From: Jeotgalibacillus malaysiensis
GTDB taxonomy: Bacteria; Bacillota; Bacilli; Bacillales; Jeotgalibacillaceae
Length of the DNA: 24,000 nucleotides
Direction: 5' to 3'
Assembly (NCBI RefSeq): GCF_044789845.1
Contig: NZ_CP085252.1
Location: 224,684-248,683 of the forward strand
Shown: positions 9,275 through 15,265 of the stretch, in pieces
Layout of the letters: the number at the start of each line of letters is the position of its first letter
How positions within the stretch are numbered: position 1 is the stretch's first letter
Program-made: the position numbers and the translations under genes
Notes under the pieces: generated by a model
Told to the model about the DNA's origin: nothing
Databases searched by the model: none
The model's input: only the letters and a program-made list of their open reading frames with translations

Positions 9275-9291
9275 ATACCTAGTATGGGTAT
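9275..9291. promoter_or_regulatory. CsoR-type operator-like dyad ATACCTAGTATGGGTAT
   Basis: ATACC-N7-GGTAT lies about 70 nt upstream of the start (9203) of the cupredoxin-fusion gene. It resembles the ATACC...GGGGTAT CsoR operators recalled for Firmicutes copZA promoters. Confidence 0.35.
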
Positions 9292-9545
9292 ATTATTATA
9301 TTTATAATAGGTTCCAATAATTGATCAAATAATCTCTTACAATAAAGAGTGTGCTTTTTCGCTAACGAAATTTAGTTTGGTAATAAAAGGTTTTCGACAT
9401 GAGCTAAACTGAATTGAATAATAAACGCGTTAGATCTAGAAGATAATTGAAAAAGTATGTATTTGTTGAATTGTATACAGTAGATTTGTAATAACGGTTC
9501 AGAAGTGATTATTTGAAAAAATTATAATGGCGAGGAGGATATAAA

Positions 9546-9755
9546 ATGGAGAGTGTATCACTAAAAGTTACAGGTATGTCTTGTCAGAATTGTGTAAAAT
9601 CTATTGAAAAAAACCTTGGTGAGATGCAGGGTGTTGAGAAAGTTTCTGTTTCACTTCAAGAAAACATTGTCAATGTAAACTATAATGAAGATGAGGTTTC
9701 TTTAGATCAAATGCAAGTTGTAATAGAAGATCAAGGTTACGAAGTTAATAAATAG
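9546..9755 (+). CDS. copZ: Copper chaperone CopZ (HMA domain)
   Basis: 69 aa with the GMSCQNC (MxCxxC) motif. RBS GAGGAGG lies 6-7 nt upstream. Confidence 0.9.
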   Translation: MESVSLKVTGMSCQNCVKSIEKNLGEMQGVEKVSVSLQENIVNVNYNEDEVSLDQMQVVIEDQGYEVNK

Positions 9756-9790
9756 TATCTTAGAATTTGTTCGAGCCCGTTAGAATAACA

Positions 9791-9839
9791 AAATAGTCCA
9801 CAAGGAGCAATTGCTACTTGTAGACTATTTTGTTTTTTT
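9791..9839 (+). terminator. Intrinsic terminator after copZ
   Basis: AAATAGTCCACAAG...CTTGTAGACTATTT long hairpin (one mismatch, with an inner AGCAATTGCT palindrome) followed by TGTTTTTTT. Confidence 0.8.
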
Positions 9840-9934
9840 GTGAGAGAATGCATCATTTCTCGATAAATTTACTCTATTATGTTCATGTGATTGAACCAGA
9901 ATGAATGACTATATTTATAAAGGAGATGATGATT

Positions 9935-10183
9935 ATGATGAATGGCTCTGGCATGATGGCGGGTGGAATGTGGCTCGGTATACTGCTTGTTGGTTTGGTG
10001 GTCATACTTGTGATATTCGCATTTTTTAAACTGCTTAATTCTAGAATAGACGGTGATTCCGCTAAGCATCAAAATGAAGGAGATTTTTCTTTGATCATCC
10101 TCAATGAAAGGTTAGCGAAGGGTGAGATACAAGTAGAAGAATACAATCATCTGAAAGGTATAATCCTTAAGTCAGAAAAATAA
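9935..10183 (+). CDS. Small membrane protein with C-terminal SHOCT domain
   Basis: Preferred start is ATG 9935, 9 nt after AGGAG. It has one TM helix (MWLGILLVGLVVILVIFAFF). The C-terminus LNERLAKGEIQVEEYNHLKGIL matches the SHOCT pattern (L..R.A.GEI...EY...K..L). Confidence 0.7.
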   Translation: MMNGSGMMAGGMWLGILLVGLVVILVIFAFFKLLNSRIDGDSAKHQNEGDFSLIILNERLAKGEIQVEEYNHLKGIILKSEK

Positions 10184-10270
10184 AAAAATAAAAGTATTTT
10201 AGAAATATTGCTGAAATATTGAACAAATTCAGCATTGACAATCACAGTAAGCAAAGTTGGGTGAAATGCA

Positions 10271-11005
10271 GTGAATGATTTGTTTTGGCAAGTCAGTAAT
10301 ACTTTCAGTGAACCATTTTTTGAACTGTTCCATCAGGCGCAAAGCTTTCCGATCATTGCTGCTTTTTTTCTTGGTATTGTCGGTGCATTGGCACCCTGTC
10401 AGTTCACAGGTAATCTGGGGGCTATCGCAATATATGGTAATCGTTCAATTCAGAACAAAATCGCGTGGACTGAGGTTTATTTTTTTATAGTCGGTAAAAT
10501 CTTTGTATTCTCACTCCTTGGTTTTGTTGTCTGGCAGTTTGGAAATGAAATCGAACAAAGCCTGATTACTTACTTTCCATGGCTCAGAAGGATCGTCGGA
10601 CCAATATTAATTGTCATTGGATTATTTTTGTTAGGCATCTTTAAATCACGTTTGGGAGTTCAATTCATAAGACTTCCAGAAAGGTGGTTTAAAAGGGGGA
10701 AGTTAGGTGCTTTTTTAATGGGTGTTAGCTTTTCTCTTGGGTTTTGTCCAACAATGTTCGTTTTATTTTTTGTCACGCTGCTGCCATATTCATTTACTGT
10801 TAGTTACGGCTTTATATTGCCTGCCATATTCTCAGTGGGAACATCACTTCCATTGTTGATTGCGTTATTTTTATTATGGTTTTTTGACATTGAGAATAGA
10901 AACTTAAAAAAGAATGGGAGAAAAATCGGAAACTACGTACAGAAAGCTGCTGGGATATTTATCATTTTTTTGGGGATAATCGATATCGCTACTTACTGGG
11001 TGTGA
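10271..11005 (+). CDS. DsbD/CcdA-superfamily (DsbD_2-like) polytopic membrane protein
   Basis: 244 aa with about 6 TM segments. One conserved Cys sits in each half (GALAPCQF and LGFCPTMF), as in CcdA/DsbD-type thiol-disulfide transporters. GTG start with a weak RBS. The functional assignment is tentative. Confidence 0.6.
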   Translation: MNDLFWQVSNTFSEPFFELFHQAQSFPIIAAFFLGIVGALAPCQFTGNLGAIAIYGNRSIQNKIAWTEVYFFIVGKIFVFSLLGFVVWQFGNEIEQSLITYFPWLRRIVGPILIVIGLFLLGIFKSRLGVQFIRLPERWFKRGKLGAFLMGVSFSLGFCPTMFVLFFVTLLPYSFTVSYGFILPAIFSVGTSLPLLIALFLLWFFDIENRNLKKNGRKIGNYVQKAAGIFIIFLGIIDIATYWV

Positions 11006-11096
11006 CGTAAGCATCTTATGTCAATGATAAATAACCTCTCTCATAATACTTGTTTTGATCAATCTTTTTTATAAAAATTTCATTTATAATAAATTC

Positions 11097-11145
11097 AACC
11101 TCTTCATTTTAACTGATCTTTGTTTAAAATGAAGAGGTTATTTTA
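11097..11145 (+). terminator. Intrinsic terminator closing the copper island
   Basis: Perfect 16-bp stem AACCTCTTCATTTTAA / TTAAAATGAAGAGGTT followed by ATTTTATT. Confidence 0.7.
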
Positions 11146-11173
11146 TTCTGAAATCAACTTTTGTAGCATGTTT

Positions 11174-11202
11174 TTGATTAAACTTTTTTTCAAACCTACA
11201 AT
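11174..11202 (+). promoter_or_regulatory. Candidate sigma-A promoter TTGATT-17-TACAAT
   Basis: -35 at 11174-11179 and -10 at 11197-11202, about 100 nt upstream of the 407-aa ORF. Confidence 0.35.
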
Positions 11203-11245
11203 AACTTGTTAAAGAATGATAAAGTAGTTTAGATATGGAATTTCA

Positions 11246-11288
11246 ACACCCGTTCGCTTATAATTTATATAAGCGAACGGGTGTTTTT
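11246..11288 (+). terminator. Very strong terminator-like hairpin inside the 5' leader of the 407-aa gene
   Basis: Perfect 17-bp stem ACACCCGTTCGCTTATA / TATAAGCGAACGGGTGT with a 5-nt loop, then TTTT. It ends 18 nt before ATG 11306 and 5 nt before the GGAGGG RBS. Confidence 0.7.
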
Positions 11289-11305
11289 GTTTGGAGGGAT
11301 TTTCA

Positions 11306-12529
11306 ATGGAAGTATCAATTAATAATTTGGATTTTAGTAACATAGATAAAAAATTAAGCCATTTATCTAGAGAGCAAATTGTAGAGTTAATAACAGCATA
11401 TTATGATGGAGAAAAAATTAAGGATCTCTTGTCAGAATATGAAATAAAAACAACCGCATCAAATTTAGTGAAAATATTCCCTTCAGTGTTAAATAATGAG
11501 TATTGTATAAAATGTGAATCGCCTATTGTTATACATCTAGAATCTAGATCGTACTCAAATTATTTTACAAATCATCATGAATATTGTTCTAGTTGTGGAC
11601 ATCAAGAAACATCTTTTTGTAGTTGCGAATTTTGTAAAAAAGAAAGAATGGAAGCAAAAAGATTAGAGGAAGAGCGCCAAAAAAGGTTAATAGAGAAGAA
11701 AAGACAATTATTATGTGATCATTATGAAGAAGATAATTGGGAGATGATTTTAGAGACAGATTTAAGCTTAGAAGATAGACTTTATTTAGCGGTTATATTA
11801 CGAGGTGCTCTTTCAGAAAATACAAGCTATATTGAACCTCTAGAAAAAATTAAAGAGAAAATAGCACCTACAACAGAATATGAGAGAGAGATAATAAAGA
11901 CATTAACAGGTAGAAACATTTTAGTTCCTAGCTTGAAATCAAAAGTAGATGACTTTGAAATAGAGTTTGTATCAGAAGATGAAGAACAATATAAAATTGC
12001 TTACTATATCTATAAAGTTCATTATCGTTTGAATGTCATGCCAGAAGATGACGACTACGATGCTATGATTAAGCGGTTAATGTATCCTCATTTGAAAGAT
12101 GAAGAAGGTTTCAAAGATTTTTGTTACGGGATATGGAGACAAGTTGCACTTAATGAATGCTTACAGTATTTGTTATATCAAATGCATAAAGTGGGCTACA
12201 CATTTAATCCTGGGGAGAAGACGATAAAAGTTTTTGAGGAACTTTTAGAACATTTCTCAGTCTCGCAGATTTATAGCATTATTTATCGATCAGTTGCTAA
12301 CAGCACTCAAAGATATCAAGCTAGAGAAATCACAAAAATACACGCTCAGAATTCAGTCATAGCTTCATGTGAAAGTTATGGTCAACGAGCAATAGCGCAG
12401 GGGTGGAAATTAACTCATTATGCACGCTTAAGAGATTTACCGGAGACGTATATAAGCAATGTATTATTTACATCAATTATGCAAATAGCAGAACTGGGTT
12501 TTTCAGAAAAACCTACGCCAGATTTCTAA
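11306..12529 (+). CDS. Hypothetical 407-aa protein with a multi-Cys (zinc-ribbon-like) cluster; function unknown
   Basis: ATG 11306 lies 8 nt after GGAGGG (the track ORF starts at 11291). Cys cluster: C67xxC70, C94xxC97, C105xC107xxC110. A charged KRLEEERQKRLIEKKRQ helix follows, then a C-terminal region of about 280 aa with no motif I recognise. The gene is AT-rich like the neighbouring RT gene. Confidence 0.75.
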   Translation: MEVSINNLDFSNIDKKLSHLSREQIVELITAYYDGEKIKDLLSEYEIKTTASNLVKIFPSVLNNEYCIKCESPIVIHLESRSYSNYFTNHHEYCSSCGHQETSFCSCEFCKKERMEAKRLEEERQKRLIEKKRQLLCDHYEEDNWEMILETDLSLEDRLYLAVILRGALSENTSYIEPLEKIKEKIAPTTEYEREIIKTLTGRNILVPSLKSKVDDFEIEFVSEDEEQYKIAYYIYKVHYRLNVMPEDDDYDAMIKRLMYPHLKDEEGFKDFCYGIWRQVALNECLQYLLYQMHKVGYTFNPGEKTIKVFEELLEHFSVSQIYSIIYRSVANSTQRYQAREITKIHAQNSVIASCESYGQRAIAQGWKLTHYARLRDLPETYISNVLFTSIMQIAELGFSEKPTPDF

Positions 12530-12616
12530 ATGAAATGAGGAGTTCATATGGCTAAACGTCAAATAGGTTGAACTAATGCAAAAAATCTCTCGGCACATTT
12601 AGGAAGGCGAAACATC

Positions 12617-12656
12617 GGGACGTGTGTTACCCCCAACACGCGCCCCTGATTTTTAC
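12617..12656 (+). terminator. Probable terminator of the 407-aa gene
   Basis: GGGACGTGTGTT / AACACGCGCCCC stem (one mismatch, one G-U), loop ACCCCC, followed by TGATTTTT. Confidence 0.5.
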
Positions 12657-12702
12657 ATCCTTTTTTTAGTATAAAAATCTTCTGTGCGGAAATAGTTAGA
12701 TT

Positions 12703-13620
12703 TTATAAATTGTTTATTTTCGTGTTTATTGATTGAAAAGGGTTAGAACCTTCAACATAGTCAAAAGCTATTAAACATCCTTTTAATTTTGAGATTAATA
12801 ACGTGATATGTTCTGAATCTTGTTTTAACAATGCAGCTTCTAATTCATTATCTAAATCAATTATTTTTTTTCTTAATTTATTCGGAACTTTCATAGTTCT
12901 GTTTTTTAAGATAACGCCAGTTACATTAATTGGCCTATTATAGCTATGAACTGTTTTTTCGGGGTTTACTTGAAAATTATAACTCTCGATGATTCTGATG
13001 ACTTTGCTTTTAAAATGTCTTCCGATAGGCTTATTTGCAGAAAATGTAATATCATCAACATAAACTGTCATAGTAATATTTTCTTGCTTTGCATATTGGT
13101 GAATCTTATCAAACATTTGATAGTAAGATAAAATTGAAAGTAGTGCACTTGTGGGGTAGCCCTGGGGTAAATGTCTATGATTGTGATTAGGTAAAGGTTC
13201 GGTAGTGAGCAGTGTATATATTTTTGCTATGTCAGCTGGCATCTTCATTGCATTTCTAAAAAAGGAATATACATATCTTTCATTTGTAGAGGGATAAAAA
13301 TTTGTTATATCAATCATAAGAAAACATTTATGATCTATATGTGCATTAGCATTGGTTACATAACTTTTTCCTTTGACTCCACCATTAATGTAGTCTGGTA
13401 ATTTAATACTAGATAAATTTCTATTGATCTTTCTGAGGATTCGTTTATATCTGGGTTTTGGAGGGAAAATTGTTCTTTTTTTTTGACCAATTTTATCAAC
13501 GTATGATTTTGTTGAAAAATATTTGTCGATATCTTTAAGTTCATAGATTTTTATTGACAGTAATTCTGAGAGAAACTTTTTATTACTTACCTTGTATAAA
13601 AAGTGCTTTTGAATGTCCAT
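12703..13620 (-). CDS. Retron-type reverse transcriptase, stand-alone (305 aa, no fused effector domain)
   Basis: The motif series aligns with retron RTs such as Ec86. KKRTIFPPKPRYKRILRKI matches R.I..P....K..Q. GGVKGKSYVTNANAH matches NAxxH. FLMIDITNFYPS, LPQGYPTSALLS and the catalytic YVDDITFS are present, followed by NPEKT and the retron-typical VTGVIL. RBS AAAGGTGA lies upstream of ATG 13620. Confidence 0.9.
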   Translation of the reverse strand: MDIQKHFLYKVSNKKFLSELLSIKIYELKDIDKYFSTKSYVDKIGQKKRTIFPPKPRYKRILRKINRNLSSIKLPDYINGGVKGKSYVTNANAHIDHKCFLMIDITNFYPSTNERYVYSFFRNAMKMPADIAKIYTLLTTEPLPNHNHRHLPQGYPTSALLSILSYYQMFDKIHQYAKQENITMTVYVDDITFSANKPIGRHFKSKVIRIIESYNFQVNPEKTVHSYNRPINVTGVILKNRTMKVPNKLRKKIIDLDNELEAALLKQDSEHITLLISKLKGCLIAFDYVEGSNPFQSINTKINNL

Positions 13621-13645
13621 CTGATCACCTTTAGTTTAGTTAGAT

Positions 13646-13954
13646 TATAATTAAAGGTAGAGCCGAATAGTTCAAAGAACCTTAAAATTAAACTTGATAA
13701 TTTGTATAATTGAAACAAAGTCAAATTTAATAATTTTAAAAAAGGTTCAATGGAAAGGATAAATGCAAATAACTTAACCGGATAACTGTCAATTAAGTTA
13801 TAAAATTTACTACCTTTCTTTTTATTCCTATCACGTCGACTTACACGAGTATTCATATGGATGCCCCCTTAAAAGTAGTAGGCGTTATTACGCCCCCTCT
13901 GCATTACTTTAAAGGGCTTCGGAGAAATAAATCGACCAGCTCTACCTTAATTAA
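13646..13954 (-). ncRNA. Putative retron msr-msd-like non-coding RNA
   Basis: The minus-strand transcript carries a long-range inverted repeat. The 5' arm is TTAATTAAGGTAGAGC (13954-13939) and the 3' arm is GCTCTACCTTTAATTATA (13663-13646). These give 10 perfect bp plus 5 more across a 1-nt bulge, and the 3' arm ends 25 nt before the RT start, as for retron a2/a1 repeats. G residues follow the 5' arm (TGGTCG). Three internal hairpins are present: 13916-13866 (11/12-bp outer stem plus GGCGT/ACGCC inner stem), 13801-13769 (9-bp stem) and a long AT-rich hairpin at 13748-13677 (about 21 bp with bulges). Confidence 0.4.
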
Positions 13955-14137
13955 CCAAGAAACCTCTGCTTATCTTGTAGAAGTAATCTCCCAAATAACA
14001 AGCGATATCCTTCTCGGTGGTGCGCCAGTTCGTTGCCCTGAGCGCAGTTGCGCTAGGAGCCGTATTGGGCACAAATTTCCGCCTTAAAGGCAATATAAAA
14101 CCTGCAGAGTAATTTCCTGCTAAATACTCGTGGTTCT

Positions 14138-14166
14138 ATTTTAGTATACAATACTTTTTTTGGCAA
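14138..14166 (-). promoter_or_regulatory. Candidate sigma-A promoter TTGCCA-17-TAAAAT reading toward the RT locus
   Basis: -35 at 14166-14161 and -10 at 14143-14138 on the minus strand. It is the best promoter match upstream of the RT and putative ncRNA. Confidence 0.35.
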
Positions 14167-14219
14167 CTTTAGTATTTTATAAGTTAATTGGAAAGGTATG
14201 AGCTTTTTGAATTATTAGC

Positions 14220-14757
14220 TATCTAAGTGATACAGTTGTATATGTGGACGTATATTTTCATCTGCTTGTTGAAAAGCTGAAGCATTTTACAACGAATATG
14301 ATTATCCTGACAGGCGCTTTGAGCAAAGAATGAATTTTTCGAACTGAGTTCCAGAAGCTTTCCTCTATTCCTAATCATGGGGGATAGAATCATCCTTGCA
14401 ATAGGTAAGCATGCGGGTGAAGGCTTTGACAATCCAAGGCTCGATACGATCTTCCTGACAATGTCCGTCTCCTGGAAAGGCACTCTTGCACAGTATGTCG
14501 GACGCCTGTACAGAGCATACGAAGGGCAAGAGTCTGTGGAGGTTTATGAATCATTGTTCCTGTGTTGAACACAACACCCACACAATTTTACTTGTTTATA
14601 TAACCAAAATGAATTGAGTGTGATTTTATTATGACACAGGGATATTCACAAATTACTAAATGGGAAATTATAGTGATATTTTAAAGGGATATAAATCGCT
14701 TGGTTACTTGACGGTGGAGGAAGCGAAGAAAGAGAAGAAGCAAATGAAGTTGTTTTA
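14220..14757 (+). pseudogene. 3' remnant of a DEAD/DEAH (superfamily 2) helicase gene with an in-frame stop, a frameshift and a MITE insertion
   Basis: Pieces read ...VDVYFHLLVEKLKHFTTNMIILTGALSKE*, then IFRTEFQKLSSIPNHGG*. After a frame change they read DRIILAIGKHAGEGFDNPRLDTIFLTMSVSWKGTLAQYVGRLYRAYEGQESVEVYE (helicase C-terminal motifs V-VI). Past the repeat comes ...ILKGYKSLGYLTVEEAKKEKKQMKLF*. The N-terminal two-thirds of the gene are absent. Confidence 0.6.
14555..14647 (+). repeat. MITE-like repeat, type 2, copy 1
   Basis: Terminal inverted repeats are TCCTGTGT...ACACAGGGA. It is about 85% identical to 18494-18585 and has an internal terminator-like hairpin (degenerate in this copy). 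It interrupts the helicase remnant. Confidence 0.75.
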
Positions 14758-14786
14758 AATTGAAAGAGGTTTATTTGGTGAAGGGT

Positions 14787-15191
14787 CTAACTGAAGAATG
14801 AAAATGGGTGAATACGCTCAACACGCAGCCTTTTTGATATTTTGTTAGCACCGTTATCGAGTATATAGAATGAGCTTAAAAATAACCCCTCTGAGTTAAG
14901 CTTAATGGGCAAAATCACATGATCATTCAATACTTTATAAAGTTCAACAGTACCGGGTTCTTTGGGATTTTGACCTGCGTAATCAGGAAGCGAGATCATG
15001 TCGGGTATCTTCTCGTGATAAGTCATAAAGTCATCCCAATGACCTTTTTTCTTCAAATGCTTGAGTACACCGGGAGGCATATGAACTTCCAGGCTTTTGT
15101 ATTGTATTTGATAGTAATCTGTAATCGTCTGAGGTATAAATCCGACGGTTTGAGTGGTAGTAGCGTAAGGGTTTACAGAGATGATGGACAT
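14787..15191 (-). CDS. Hypothetical 134-aa protein
   Basis: Intact ORF with ATG start and GGAAGGA about 12 nt upstream. It contains LKHLKKKGHWDDF, which faintly recalls small phage/toxin-associated nuclease-fold (PBECR-type) proteins; this is unverified. A second copy of its last 12 codons occurs at 18620-18655. Confidence 0.55.
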   Translation of the reverse strand: MSIISVNPYATTTQTVGFIPQTITDYYQIQYKSLEVHMPPGVLKHLKKKGHWDDFMTYHEKIPDMISLPDYAGQNPKEPGTVELYKVLNDHVILPIKLNSEGLFLSSFYILDNGANKISKRLRVERIHPFSFFS

Positions 15192-15242
15192 TTATGCAAC
15201 GATCCTTCCTATAGAATATAAGAAGCTGCTAAGAGAGTTATT

Positions 15243-15265
15243 AAAAAAACTCCCAATAAAGGGAG
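15243..15265 (-). terminator. Intrinsic terminator of the structured small RNA
   Basis: The minus strand reads CTCCC-TTTATT-GGGAG followed by TTTTTTT. Confidence 0.65.

Noticed and set aside
9467-9530. Possible copZ promoter (TTGAAT-17-TAATAA) with a TGTATACA palindrome, considered as a CopY cop-box; also a TATAAT at 9524-9529.
   Set aside because: The cop box is TACA-N2-TGTA and is not present here. The TATAAT at 9524 is too close to the RBS to serve as a -10. The promoter call is too weak to list as a feature.
9869-10490. ORF 9869-10072(-) and ORF 10275-10490(+).
   Set aside because: The first is antisense to the SHOCT gene. The second is an alternative frame inside the DsbD/CcdA-like gene. 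Neither has a motif or RBS.
12548-12649. Mini-ORF with a strong RBS (GAGGAG-5 nt-ATG) right after the 407-aa gene: MAKRQIG, then TGA, then 25 more in-frame codons.
   Set aside because: Only 7 codons precede the stop and the extended reading has no recognisable family. It may be the stump of a lost third gene, but that cannot be supported from the sequence alone.
12946-13544. ORFs 12946-13131(+) and 13356-13544(-) inside the RT gene.
   Set aside because: They lie on the opposite strand or in another frame of the RT gene, whose frame is fixed by seven conserved motifs.
13587-13856. 89-aa ORF upstream of and overlapping the RT start, with an AAGGGGG sequence 7 nt before its ATG; considered as a small retron effector (2TM type).
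   Set aside because: Its composition (F/L/K/N/I/Y-rich) is what AT-rich non-coding DNA yields. The hydrophobic stretches are interrupted by charged residues, so no clean TM helices form. It overlaps the RT gene by 34 nt out of frame. It also coincides with the hairpins and inverted repeat of the putative ncRNA. It is kept only as a weak alternative reading of the region.
14010-14030. T-box-like string GGTGGTGCGCCAG on the plus strand.
   Set aside because: It matches only about 9 of 13 positions of the T-box consensus. There is no specifier stem, no following terminator with a T-run, and no downstream aminoacyl-tRNA synthetase or amino-acid gene.
14056-14080. GAGCCGTAT, reminiscent of the 5' half of group II intron domain V, near an RT gene.
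   Set aside because: The following sequence cannot form the domain V helix (no GAAA-capped stem, no ACGGTTC 3' half). The RT also lacks maturase and intron-type features and carries retron motifs instead.
13857-14087. 76-aa plus-strand ORF across the GC-rich segment upstream of the RT.
   Set aside because: It has no RBS and no recognisable motif. It lies antisense to the predicted RT-locus transcript and is probably a chance ORF in a locally GC-richer patch.
14223-14581. ORFs 14223-14483(-), 14377-14568(+) as an independent gene, and 14390-14581(-).
   Set aside because: The plus-strand piece is one fragment of the helicase pseudogene, not a gene on its own. The minus-strand ORFs are its antisense shadows.
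14919-15221. 100-aa plus-strand ORF overlapping the 134-aa gene.
   Set aside because: It is antisense to the better-supported minus-strand ORF, which has an ATG, an RBS and a duplicated C-terminus elsewhere.
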